This document shows positions 37,418 through 50,024 of a DNA stretch of 64,000 bases, piece after piece. Position 1 is the stretch's first letter; every line of letters starts with the position of its first letter. The translations under genes were made by a program, and so were the position numbers. The stretch covers positions 25,472,669-25,536,668 of the forward strand of contig NC_057749.1 of the NCBI RefSeq assembly GCF_004010195.1, read 5' to 3'. Under the pieces are notes generated by a model. It searched no databases. It saw only the letters and a list, made by a program, of their open reading frames with translations, and was not told where the DNA came from. Source of the stretch: Chiloscyllium plagiosum (lineage: Eukaryota).

Positions 37418-39711
37418 TAATTGTTGGATTAAGTGCATGGTATTCGGAATAATCCAACAAACTAAGCATCAGGGGAAAAAGACAGTATTTCAATTGCCTT
37501 CAGTGGAGAGATAAGTCATTGGAAGGTTATTAGCTGATCCATACATCCTCTAGAGGCTGCGCTAAATGGAACCTGAGAAACCACCTACATTCTGATGGAG
37601 ACATGAGTGAGGCATCTGGGCAAGTGACTTTTTTAAAGGGATTGAACAGTCCAGAAAAATGCAGTCAGTCCACGTCAAGGAGTGGTGGGACCAGTTTCAC
37701 AAGCATTCCATCGGTCTTACTTAGCCCTCTGTCTAGAAGATCCAAATGAGAAAGACAAAAGGGACAACGTCATGAAACCTGTAACATGACACCGACAATC
37801 CTCATATAAAAGACCTGTTTGTTAGACAGCCCACGGCAAATAATAACCCATCTCTGCAAAGGAACAGGTATCATTTGGAGAGGTAGCTGTGGGGATTCAC
37901 TCCTAACTTGCATAAGTAGGTTTTCATTAACCTGAATTGGAAGACTGGGAAGGATTAAACCAATTGAGGTAAGAGGCATTTTTGTTTATTTCATCATCAT
38001 TGATATTTTTAAAGAAAAAGATGTCTTCTGGAAAGATTCTTTGCAATGAAATAAATTCTGGTTCTTTGTCAACTAAATATTGTTTTACTTATCCTCAGGA
38101 TAAATGGATTGATTATTAGAATTTAATTCTGTGTCTTATGTCTGTGTGGACTGCAGTTGATTTGTGATTGTATTCTTGGTGTGGTTATTTAATGGCTTGA
38201 TTGTGTATTCCCAGCGTAAAGCTTGAATGCAAACCTGGAAGCAGGTGCTAACTGAGGTTAGGTGGGTTGTGCCTTTGTAAAGCTGAAAATGAGTGGATTT
38301 GGTGTTGCATTATAGTGTATGCTTGCCACTCTGAGAAAATAATTTGGATTTCTAAAGCAGTAAGCTTTTGAATTTCGTTTACTCTCATAATAACGAATGT
38401 GGGCACACCTAGGAGGTGATTTCATTTGATTTGTTATCGTCACATGTGCTGAGATGTATGAAAAGGCTCATTTTGTGTGCTAACCAAAGAATTTGTAAGT
38501 ACATCAGACTGCAGTAAGTAGCACTGAACTCAAAATAGAGTTACTTAATTAATGAAGACCTAGTCCCCTGAATAGCCTGTTTCCAAAATAATCATAGGAT
38601 TTCAGCAGACATGAGGAAATTTTGCCATAAGTAAACGTTTAGATTCTCTGTATGAATTTCAGAGAAAAAAAATGCCTCACCTCACTTAATTCTGTTTTCT
38701 CAGCTTTACTGAGAGATTAACAGAGCAGTAATGTTCCAATGACCTTGAGGCTAAAAGAGGCCAACTCCCTCTTTATCACTTAGATCCCAGGTCAGATTGC
38801 TGTTGTGGGATTGAATTGGTTTTGCCTGCATCAATGAGGAGAGGTAGGACTGCCCGAAACCCTCCGTCTCCTTGTAAATTGTCAATCCATTCATTCTCAC
38901 GCATTGAATGGGGACTTGGGTGATACTGAAAATAAGCTAAGCATTCAGTTTAAAGGGAGAAAAAACATTGATGTTCCTTTTCGCAGAAAATGGGTTAGGG
39001 TTAGTTAGTAAGGTAAAAACAATGACTGCAGATGCTAGAAACCAGATTCTGGATCAGTGGTGCTGGATTTTGCCTGTCCTCGGATTTTGCCTGTCCTCGG
39101 ATGCTGCCTGAACTGCTGTGCTCTTCCAGCACCACTGATCCAGAAATAGGGTTAGTTAGTGTTAGGTTTAGGGTTATTTTTGCATGCAATTTTGTTGTGG
39201 GGAAATGGCAGATAAATGACATTTTGGAGTAAAAATTGCCTGCGCTTTACAAATATAGAGCAACAATAATCCCCATTGTAGATTCCAGCATATGCAGAAA
39301 TTTGCTCCTATACTGTTAGTACTTGCTTTAATTAAAAAAAAACACTTGCACCCAGTCAGGATTTTAGGAACTATTTCTCTGCAAGTGTGCCTGCTGCGCT
39401 ATAGAATCCCGGACAGCAATATAATCATGTCCAGGCAATCTGTTTTTAGTTATTGCTTAAGGGATGAATAATGGCCAGCAGTGATGGGTTGGAAGGGTGT
39501 GTTTCCATGCTGTGATGCCAGGGAGAACTTGCAGCTGTTGTTCATATAATGCCACTGGATCTTATAGCTGAGAGTGTAGATTATGGGCACCAGCGTCATG
39601 TCTTGCATTCTGGTGCACCAGCTCATCTACAAAGTGGCATTCAAATTATGTAGTACGCCACAAACATTGTTGTGGAGTATCAGCCTAGGTTTTGTGCAGG
39701 CTTTATTCTTC

Positions 39712-39935
39712 TGTGGAGCAACTGAGGGCTGCAGATGCTGGAGCTCAGGGTCGAGAGTGTGGTGCTGGAAAAGCACAGCAGCTCAGGCAGCATCCAAGAA
39801 GCAGGAGAATCAATGAAGGGCTTATGCCTGAAACATCGATTTTCCTGCTCCTCGGATGCTGCCTGACCTGCTGTGCTTTTCCAGCACCACACTTATTGAC
39901 TCTGATCTCCAGCATCTGCAGTTCTCTCTTTCTCC
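39712..39935. mobile_element. PLE-derived foldback element, family A
   Basis: Inverted arms ctgcagatgctggag...ctccagcatctgcag. Confidence 0.75.
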
Positions 39936-40611
39936 TCTCACTGTATCTGACCTTTTATAGAGTCATAGTCATACAGCACGGAAACAGACCCTTGGGTCCG
40001 ACCAGTTCATACCATCCTATAATCCCAATCTAAATCAGCCCCACCTGCCTGCTCTTGACCCATATCCTTCGAAACCTTTCCTATTCATGTACTAATCTAA
40101 GTGTGTTTTAAACATTGTAGCTGTGCCCAATTCCACCACTCCCACAGGAAGTTCATTCCTCACACGAACCACCGTCTATATAAAAAATTTGGCCCTCATG
40201 TCTTTTTAAAATCCATTTCCTCTCACCTTAAAAGTATTCCCGCTAATGTTGAAATCCCCCATCCTAGGGAAAGGTGTTGGTCTCTAGGTAGATTTAATAG
40301 AGACATAGAAACAGAGAGAAAAGGAGCAGGAGTAAGCCGTTCAAGCCTGTTCTACCATTCAATACAATCGCAGCTGATCAGTCATTTGTTCCTACTTTCT
40401 TCCCATACCCTTTCATCCCTTTAGCTCTGAGCTTGACTCTCAAATGTTAATTCTGATCTGTCTCTCCATACATTCTCTGTGGCTGTAACACTGCACTCTG
40501 TTCGGCTATCCTGATGCACTTTGTATGGTACGATCTTCCTGTACAGCACGCAAAACAACGGCTTTTCACTGTATCTTGGTGCATGTGACAACAATCAATC
40601 AATGAGGAGAA

Positions 40612-40651
40612 AGATTCCTGAAGAAAGGCCTGTGCCCGAAACGTCGAATCT
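40612..40651 (+). ncRNA. Hammerhead motif with perfect 6-bp stem I and GUC cleavage triplet
   Basis: AGATTC-CTGAAGA-A-AGGC-CTGT-GCCC-GAA-ACGT-C-GAATCT; one A-C mismatch at the base of stem II. Confidence 0.68.
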
Positions 40652-40724
40652 CCTGTTCCCTGGATGCTGCCTGACCTGCTGTGCTGTTCCAGCAATAAAG
40701 TTTCAACAACAATCAATCAACCAA

Positions 40725-40940
40725 TCAAAAAACAAATTGCTGGAAATGCTCAGCAGGTCTGGCAGTATCTGTGGAGAGAAATCAGAGTTAACGTTTCGGG
40801 TCGAGTGACCATACCGCGAAACTCACTGGATTCGAAATGTTAACTCCGCTTTATCTCCACAGATGCTGCCAGACCTGCGGAGCTTTTCCAACAACTTCCC
40901 TTTTTGTCTCTGACTTACAGCACCTGCAGTCTTTTCGGTT
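40725..40940. mobile_element. PLE-derived foldback element, family B
   Basis: cagcaggtctggcagtatctgtggaga / tctccacagatgctgccagacctgc arms. Confidence 0.7.
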
Positions 40941-43900
40941 TCAATCAAAGCAGTCAATCTCATTTTTTGAAAATTCAAACTGCTTTTGTGGCAGAGAATT
41001 CCACAGACTTACCACTCTCTGGCTGGAGAGAATTCGCCTCATTTCAGTCCAAAATGGCGTACCCTTCAATCTGGGCTGCCCAGTCATTGGGAACATTCTT
41101 CATGCGTTTACCCCGTCCTGTTAGAATTTTATCGGTTTCTAGAGATCCGCTAATTCTTCTAAGCTCCAATGAATATAGTTCTAACCAGTCCAGTCTCTTT
41201 TCATTAATGCTGGGAGATCTGTGCATCAACAGAGAGACCTTCTGACAACGCAGTATCTTTGCCTTTACTAGTCAACAGCCCCAGGTACTTTGGGTCCCAT
41301 TGGAGCCAGATAGGAAATCACCTCAAATTCTGGTCACCCTGTCTCAGAATCTCGGAAAGACAAGACCCAGACACAGTCAGTGAAGTGGAGATCGATTCAT
41401 AAAGTCAACGGCACGGAAAAAGGCCCTTCGGCCCATCTCACCTTTCATTTTAAAGTTCAGTTCAGGCAGCTGCACAAAAAATGCCTCAAAATCCACAAGA
41501 AACAAGAAACGGTGGATATTCAGAAAGCCACTATTCTCAGTTCGCTAAACGTGTTACAAGATTAAAAATATTCCTTGCACATTTCTGCAACAGCAACAGA
41601 TATGGGCACCAGCGCCCCACATTAGCATAAATAAAATGGCTTCCACAAGGTTTACAGATTTGAGTTTCAAACCAGTCTGAAAAACACTGTTGGCATTGCA
41701 CTGTGGATGTATACCGTGGTAGCACGGTGACTTAGTGGTGCTGCCTCAAAGCCCCAGGGACCCAGGTTTGATTCCAGCCTCGGGCGACTGTCTGTGTGGA
41801 GTTTGCACTTCTCCCTGTGTCTGTGTGGGTTTGCTCCGGTTTCCTCCCTGTGGTGTAAAATTCCAAGCAGTGGAATGTGGTGAAACGGTTAAAAATTATG
41901 TCCCAATACATGTGTGAATCTAACCGGAATGGAGGTGTTGCTTAGTCCCGTGTGAATCTTCTTATCTGTATGTAACCAGAATGGAATGTGTTTTTTAGCC
42001 TTGCTCTGCTGTTCACATGAATGTTTATATCTGGAAAAGAATAAAAAGCTGGAAAAGTCTCCAGTTCGGTGAGTCTGCTCCGGGGTTACGTTTAACCGCC
42101 GAGCGTGGGTTGTTGGCAACCGCTCTACAAGAACTGACGGCTCCCAGTTTTTGTAACATGTAGAGTGAGCATAAACCAGACCCGTTGTGCGACACTGCGG
42201 GGAATAAAATGCCCATATTCTAGCAGTCTCGCCTCTTGGTCGTTTGTTCTGTGTCAGACTACTCTCCTACGAACCTGACCTTGAGAATTTTTTAAAACAC
42301 TCCCGCAGTCCAAAGGTGGGCAGTGTAGCTGGATTGGCGATGGGAAATTGCCCCACAGTGTCCAGGGATGTGCAGGCTACGTTGATTAGCCACGGGAAGT
42401 GCAGGGATAGGGTGGGTCTGAGTGGGTTGCCCTTCAGAGGGATGGTGTGGACTCAATGGACCGAATGGCCTGCTGTAGGCACTCAATACTTTTGCAAAAC
42501 CCTTAAAATCGCTTTTATGTGTCTGTTTGGTCTTTGGAGAAGTGTCCTGCCTTACCAGAAGTTTACCTGCAGTCAGTGGTATGTTGAAGGAAGGTGGACA
42601 GTTATCAGTTAACTCCCTGGTCTTAATGTAAACAGATAGGAAGAGACAGTCACAGATAAATAAGGGGAAGTGTCAGTTTGCCGGGACCATTTACTAACAT
42701 ACAGATACACCACATGTGGGCTCAAGCAAATCTCATGCAGGCAGTAAAACTGGTGCAGTGGATCAACTTGTTATTTATATCTATCCCTGTTGAGCCACAT
42801 CAGGAAATGTGTTCAAAGATGCCAGAGGATGTGGTGGAGGCTGGTACAGTTGCAACATTTAAAAGGCATTTGGATGGGTATATGAATAGGAAGGGTTCGG
42901 AGGGATATGGGCCGGGTGCTGCAGGTGGGACTAGATTGGGTTGGGATATCTGGTCGGCATGGACGGGTTGGACCGAAGGGTCTGGATCCATGCTGTACAT
43001 CTCTATGACTTTATGTAGATTCCAGAAAGTGCTTTACAGAGAACGGCATGTGCTTGATGGAGTTCAGGACGAGGAGGAGATTTCATTAAAGCTTACAGGA
43101 TACTGAGAGGCCTGGACAGAGTGGACATGAAGATGATGTTTCCACAACTAATAGAGACTAAGTCCCACAGGTACACCCTCAGAGTGAAGGGGACAGTCCT
43201 TTAGAACTGAGATGAGGAGGAATTTCTTTAGCCAGAAGGCAGTGAATCTGTGGAACTCAATGCGGCAGAGGGCTGTCGAGGCCAAGTCACTGAGTGCCTT
43301 TAAGACAGAAATAGATAGATTCTTGACCAGTAAGGGATCAAGGGTTTTGGAGAGAAGGCAGGAGAATGGGCTTGAGAAATGTAACAGCCATGATCGAATG
43401 GCAGAGCAGACTCGATGGGCCTAATGGTCAAATTCCGCGCTTATTACTTATGGTCTAGTGGGGAAAAGAGGTTTGTAGTGAGTGAATTCCAGACTGATTG
43501 TCGAGGCAGCCAGTGCACAGTCGTTGAGGTGAAGGACTGTGATGGTTTGGAAACAAGAGGCCAGGATTGAAGTGGTACAGAGACCTCAACACTAGAGGCT
43601 GGTGCCATTTACTGGAATGTAGGATTCGTGTAGGTAGATCAGCACAAACCCAGTGGGCTGAAGGATCTCTTATGTGCTGTATGACTCTACGACTCTCTCT
43701 CGGATGGCTGTAAGACTGCAGAAATAGTGAGGGGAAGTCCCATGACGCAAGAACGAGAGTTTCATAAAGTTATCAAAACTGGAAAGGGTGCCAAAAAAGA
43801 TTTGCAAGGATGTTGACGAGACTGGAGGGTTTGAGTTATAAGGAGAGGCTGGATAGTTTGGGACTTTTTTTCCCCTGGAGCGTTGGAGACTGAAGGGTGA

Positions 43901-44048
43901 CTTTAAGGAGGTTTATAAAAAAACATGAGGGGCATAGATAAGGTGAATAACCAAGGTGTTTTCCCCAGGTTAGGGGAGTCCAAAACTAGAGGGCATAAGT
44001 TTAAGGTGAGAGGGGAACGAGTCACGAGGGTGATGTATATATGGAATG

Positions 44049-44369
44049 AGATTAGATTAGATTAGATTACTTACAGTGTGGAAACAGGCCCTTCGGCCCA
44101 ACAAGTCCACACCGCCCCGCCGAAGCGCAACCCACCCATACCCCTACATTTACTCCTTACCTAACACTACGGGCAATTTAGCATGGCCAATTCACCTGAC
44201 TTGCACATCTTTGGACTGTGGGAGGAAACCGGAGCACCCGGAGGAAACCCACGCAGACACGGGGAGAACGTGCAAACTCTACACAGTCAGTCGCCTGAGG
44301 CGGGAATTGAACCCGGGTCTCTGGCGCTGTGAGGCAGCAGCGCTAACCACTGTGCCACCATGCCGCCCA
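44049..44369 (-). mobile_element. V-SINE (HE1-like), CpG-rich and probably young, inside a CR1
   Basis: Intact CpGs and attag tail; interrupts CR1 at ggaatgag / aaatgag. Confidence 0.9.
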
Positions 44370-44411
44370 CAAATGAGGCTCCACAGGAAGTGGTAGAGGT
44401 GGGTACAATTA

Positions 44412-44627
44412 CAGATTGTTCTTCTATAATGCAATGGTTGTGATCTTGTGCAATCCCATGTTACAGAAAATCACGCTTTATAAAATCGCTTAAAGTGTTG
44501 GGGATGTAATCACCTTATGGCCAAAACATGTTTCAGAAGTTCCCGCTTTAGAAACAGTGTCCTCAATTCATCAATTGCATTACAACAAATTCGCGTTGAC
44601 GAAACGTGTGAGGGGCAGAACGACCTG
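44412..44627. mobile_element. Tc1/mariner-pogo-type MITE inserted at TA in CR1
   Basis: TA|CAGATTGTTCT...AGAACGACCTG|TA; splits CR1 ggtacaatTA..aacatt. Confidence 0.75.
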
Positions 44628-44941
44628 TAAAACATTAAAAAGAAGTTTGGACAGGCACACGGATAGGAAAGGTTTAGAGAGATATGGGCCAAACGCAGGC
44701 AAATGGGACTAGTTCAGTTTAGGATACCTAGTCAGCATGGATGAGTTGGGCCGAAGGGTCTGTTTCCATGCTGTGTGACTCTATGACTCTATAGCATTCC
44801 TGCATAGGCAGCAAGGGTGTGTCACCAAGCACAGGGGTAATGGGCCAACACTAGCTCAAGTGGAATGCTGTGTACAATCCCCCAAATAGCATTGCGTTTC
44901 TGCAGGGGTCAGCTACACTCCCATGGGGAAGCAACGACTGA

Positions 44942-45157
44942 GAGCAAGTGAGGACTGCTAATGCTGGAGAGGCAGAGTCGAAAAGTGTGGCACTGGAAAA
45001 GCATAGCAGGTCAGGCAGCATCCGAGGACCATGAGTGTCAACATTTCTGGCATACGCCTACATTTCAGATGAAGAGCTTATGCCCGAAATATTGACTTTC
45101 CTGCTCCTTGGATGCCCTCTGACCTGCTGTGCTTTTCCAGCACCACATGTTTGACTC
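44942..45157. mobile_element. PLE-derived foldback element, family A
   Basis: Inverted arms; degenerate hammerheads. Confidence 0.7.
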
Positions 45158-45777
45158 CCGAAGGGAAGCCTCGAATAGAGGTCAGACTGTTCACTGTAGG
45201 AGACTAAGGAACGGGGAAACTGTCACTCATTCCCACAGGGTGTGATCCAGAACAAGGCTGAGAGAAGCCTGTTTACTGACCTATAGAATGCATTTGGCAA
45301 AAAGAGGGTACAAAAAGAAAAGGAGAGGGAAGAATTCATGTGGGAGCCATTTCTACTGCAGATACTGGAAACCCAAACTAAAAGCAGAACCAGCATTCTG
45401 TTTCGCCCCACAGATTTTGCAATCTCTAGCATTTTCTATTGTTTTTGTAACCATTTTCCGTTTGCCTTGCTCCGACGACGTATATAGACAGTGAAAAACC
45501 TGCTCGACAAGCCAGAACAATTAGCACATTGAGATTATGCTCGTTCTGAAATCTAGGGTGTCACTTTTGGGTTATGCTAATGAAATGAACAATTGCCACA
45601 TGTTTCTCATTCATTGTTTACGCAAAGAAAATGTGTTTTAAAAGAGTTTCCATATTGAAGATTCATCAATTTCTGTGTCATTCTGATTCACTTAACAACC
45701 TCAATTTGCCATTTCCCCACTGTCACTGGGAATGAAGCTCAGTGTGCGCGTTGCAAAGCCACATTTACAAATAAAAT

Positions 45778-46357
45778 ATAAGAAGGTGTTTGATAGGCTT
45801 GCCTTTATTATTCAGGCCACTGATTATTGGAGTTGGGAGGTCACGTTGTGGCTGTACAGGACATTGGTTAGGCCACTTTTGGAATACTGCGTTCAATTCT
45901 GCTCTCTCTGCTATAAAGATGTGGTGAAACTTGACAGGGTTCAGAAGAGACTGACAAGAACACTGCTAGGGTTAGAGGGTTTGAGCTATAGGGAGAGGCT
46001 GAATAGGCTGGGGCTGTTTTCCCTGGAACGTCAGAGGCTGAGGGGTGAAATCATGAGGGGCATGGGTAGAGTGAATAGCCAAGGTCTTTTCCCTGGGGTA
46101 GGGGAGTCTAGAACTAGAGGGCATAGGTTTAGGGTGAGAGGGGAAAGATTTAAAAGGGACCTAACGGGCAACGTTTTCACACGGAGGGTGGTACGATTAC
46201 AACATTTAAAAGGCATCTGGATGGGTGTACGAATAGGAAGGGTTTGGGAGGGATATGGGCCAAATGCTGGCAAATGGGATCAAATTAGAATATTGGGTCG
46301 GCATGGACGAGTTGGACCGAAGGGTCTGTTTCCGTGCTGTACAGCTCTAGGACTCTA
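45778..46357 (+). mobile_element. CR1 LINE 3' fragment
   Basis: LYRTLVRPLLEYCVQF...RTRGHRFRVRGERFKRDL. Confidence 0.88.
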
Positions 46358-47190
46358 ATTGGGCAAGTTGGACCTTGTAGAATCTTCTGGGTTGGAGGAG
46401 TTGAGCTAGACAATTTTTCTCCCTCCCGTTCAATTTTGTGTTTTGCATAAAGTTGCTAAAACTGAGGCTTAAAACAGACGGGAGACAAATTATACCAGCT
46501 GGAATTTGATACTGGCGGTACATGTTGATTTCTGTCTGTGCATCAAAAACCTTTTTATTGGGGAAATTTACAGGAGCCATCCTTCTGCATAGAGTCGATG
46601 GAATGCATGACACCTTGCAGGATGAGTGACAGTTTCCCTGTCAGCTTTCCTTAGTTTCCTGCAGTGAACAGTCTGACCTCTAATCGAGGCTTCCCCGTGG
46701 GACAGTGCCTGACTGCAGGCATGCAATGTTATTCGGGGACTTGTGCTCACAAGCCCACCCCGATAAACTTTGTTTCCAAGTCAAGCAAAGCAAGACCCCT
46801 ACCATCACCCCTTCTGCAGGGAGGTTAATTGTTTGGTGAAAGCAAATCTGATAAAGGAATCAAATTGTTTGAACTCTGAGGAAGCTTCAGCAAAGGAATC
46901 CAGAGTGGACGTATTCTGAAATTTCAATCTGGGAATTCAAGGAGTTCTTAATTTCTTCCATGCCGCAAGGAATGGAAATCCGAAAGGCAGATTCCAAAAC
47001 ATTGTGGATACTGATTGAATTGTAATATTCAGTGGTGAGATGGACAGATTCTTACTTATTAAGAATATCAAGATTTAGATTTTGGCTCATGCACGGTGAG
47101 AGGAACAGTAAACTGTAAGACTCCACCACCATCCCTGGGCCATCGGAATCTCAGTCGCTCCAGTCTAAGTGGTCTTCCACTCGTAAGGCC

Positions 47191-47505
47191 TGGCATGTTG
47201 GCTCAGTGGTTAGCACTGCTGCCTCACAGCACCAGGGACCTGGGTTCAATTCCCGCCTCAGGCAACTGTCTGTCTGGAGTTTGCACATTCTCCCCGTGTC
47301 TGTGTGGGTTTCCTCCGGGTGCTCCAGTTTTCTCCCACAGTCCAAAAATGTGCAGGTCAGGTGAATTGGCCATGCTAAATTGCCCGTAGTGTTAGGTGAA
47401 GGGGTAAATGTAGGGGAATGGGTCTGGGTGGGCTGCTCTTTGGAGGGTCGGTGTGGACTTGTTGGGCCGAAGGGCCTGTTTCCACACTGTAGGGAATCTA
47501 ATCTA
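47191..47505 (+). mobile_element. V-SINE (HE1-like)
   Basis: Same family features. Confidence 0.9.
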
Positions 47506-48386
47506 AATGTGCCCCCACCAAGTTTCCCTCTCCTTTCCCCATTCGGTGGTTCCCATTCCATTGCTGCTCGCAGGATCCAGAAAGCAGAGGATCTGTCGGT
47601 CTCAGTCATAGCCGCAAGGGCTAGATGTAAGGGCCTCTGACCAGTCTGGTGTGACACTTCTTCATTTAGGGGTGACATGCCTCCCAGTGACATCTAGGGT
47701 CTTCTGTTGGCAACGTTGATAGAAGATGCCCAACTTACATGCCGCCTTCAGTTCCATGTCTCACTGGCATCAAGGGCTGTTGAGCGAAGACCAGTTGAGG
47801 TGTGGCTACAATTTAACAGAATGGTAGAACAAATTTAGATGCTCTTGCTGTTAACTGCTATGGTTTAGTTCTGGGCTAGCTTTTCCGATTGGTGTATAGT
47901 TTTTTAAGGCCAACTTTCAAAGAGCTCCAGGTAAAGCTGGAAGGGGCAAATTTCTCTATTTCTTCTGTGGACCAGTCCTCCAATGCTGGGCACGGGCCTG
48001 CGTGGTAACTCGGATAGATAGTGTCAACATCACTCAGCTCGGGTTAATGTTTGCGGGGCCTGGGCTCAAATCCCACCAGAGGTTGGTGGAATTTGAATTC
48101 GAGCCAGAAATCGAAAGCTTGCCTTAGTGACAAAACTGTATTTGCCAAAATGTGTCTGCTTCACTGATTTCCCTTTAGGGAAGGGGATCTGCCTTCCATA
48201 CCTGGTCTGGCTGCCATGTGATTCCCGGCCCACTTAACCCTAAACCAGATGACTCCTTCCCTGTGAGTCCTTACTCTGTAACTAACAGTAGGGTGAAATT
48301 AATGGACGATACAAGTGTGCAGAAATTAAAATAGTGATGTTTTTGTTCTACTTTAGAATTTCCACGTGTCGCCCAAGGACGCGAAG

Positions 48387-48426
48387 ATGGGTCTGCTGAC
48401 ACCAATCCTCCTGGCACTTGTCACAA
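48387..48426 (+). CDS. Mucin-like multi-SEA gene, first coding exon (signal peptide MGLLTPILLALVT)
   Basis: ATG at 48387 in good Kozak context (AAG ATG G); hydrophobic peptide; donor A|GTAAGA at 48427 (phase 1); upstream acceptor ttctactttag|48357. Splices in frame to 50025, giving MGLLTPILLALVTSAILTNA-TEPT. Confidence 0.85.
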
Positions 48427-50024
48427 GTAAGAAAACTGTTCTGAATCATGTTAAAAATATCACTAATGCAAAACAAGCAGATTCTGTCGTGTGTGATTTC
48501 AATGCAAATAAGAGTTGGGACGGCACAGTGTCTCAGGGGTTAGCGCTACCGCTGCCAGCGACCTGGGTTCAATTCCAGCCTCGGGCGACTGTCTGTGAGG
48601 GTTTCCTCCGGGTGCCCAGGCTTCCTCCCAGAGTCCAGAGATGGACAGGTTAGGGTGGATTGACCATGGGAAATGCAGGGACCCCAACGTAAAGGACGGC
48701 GAGGCCCAACTTTGAGAATCATTACAGGTGGGTGGAAGAAAGAGGAGGAGGTATATAAGGAAGAGTTGGAGCTTCTCCTCAGGACTGTGGTTTCACAGTG
48801 AAACAAAACCAAACTTCTGGCTGTAGGCCTGACTGACAGAACAATGCATGCTCACCTGAGCAGAACCAAAATGTAGGTTTTTGTTCCATTCACTGGCGAG
48901 GCCAGCTTTTATTGCCTCATCCCGAATTGTTCAGAGGGCAGTTAAGAGTCAGCCACGTTGCTGTGAGCCTCGAGTCACATGTAAGCCACATCACCTGCCC
49001 TGAAGGACATGAGAGAACCAGGTGGATTTATGCAACAATTGTTAGTGGTTGCCATGAGTTTCATTTCAGAACTTAATAAAGAGTTCAGGGTTCACCATCT
49101 GTCAGGGTGGGAATCAAACCCATATCCCAAAAGCATTGGCCTGGGGATCTGGATTGCTACCTCAGTGACATTCCCACTGCACGCTGCCAACCTAAACTGA
49201 TTGGAGCCCAAGGTGCAGTCAAGGCCTTAAGCTTTTCAAACACATAGGCTTGGGGCCTGAGCAGACTAGGCCCCAGGCCTGTGTGTTTAAAGAGGCTAAG
49301 GCCTGAACCAAAAGGCTTTCAAGCCACGCAACTTGATATCAATCTCGCCAGCAGCATCAGTGGAATTTTGGGCTAGAATATTTTAAAGTCACCTTATGCC
49401 TAAGGTAAGATGCTTGAAAATCTCCTTGTACTTGATTTCCATCAAAATATCTGGCCGTGTTTTGGTTGAAATAGACATCCTCCCTATAATGAACAAAGGC
49501 TATTTAGCAGTAGCTGCCAATCCCTCAGGATTACCATCACAGGAACAACAACACCAAGATTATGCCTGCCATTGGTACCTGCCCACATTGAATAAACACT
49601 TTAAAGTTTGAGGTTCCAAAATCGAAGGTCACATTTTCCTGTTGACACCAACACATACTAAATCCAAAGTCTTTCTCTTCAACAGGACTTGCACAAACCT
49701 TCAAGCTTATTTCGACACCGACTTCCTTCTCAGGCATATCAAGGGAGTGGGTTGCTAAACTTAGAAATCTGACCTTACTGGCCCACCCAACAGTTCATTC
49801 AAAAGGTCAACAAAATACCTGACAACAGACAACTTTGGCTACTGGCCTGGGATGGTGGTGGAGGTGAGGGGGGAAGTGTAAGGGGAGAAAGCACAACTGC
49901 TTTGGGCCTTTTGTCATCCGGAAGAATAAAAACACGCCCAGATATTGGAAGCATTTGTAGAACAGTAATGATATACTCAGGCACGGCAGAACTAATAAGT
50001 GTGTGCAAAACTGTTTTCCCATAG

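Noticed and set aside
45732..46358. 208-aa ORF as a host gene
   Set aside because: CR1 ORF2 C-terminal fragment with internal deletions.
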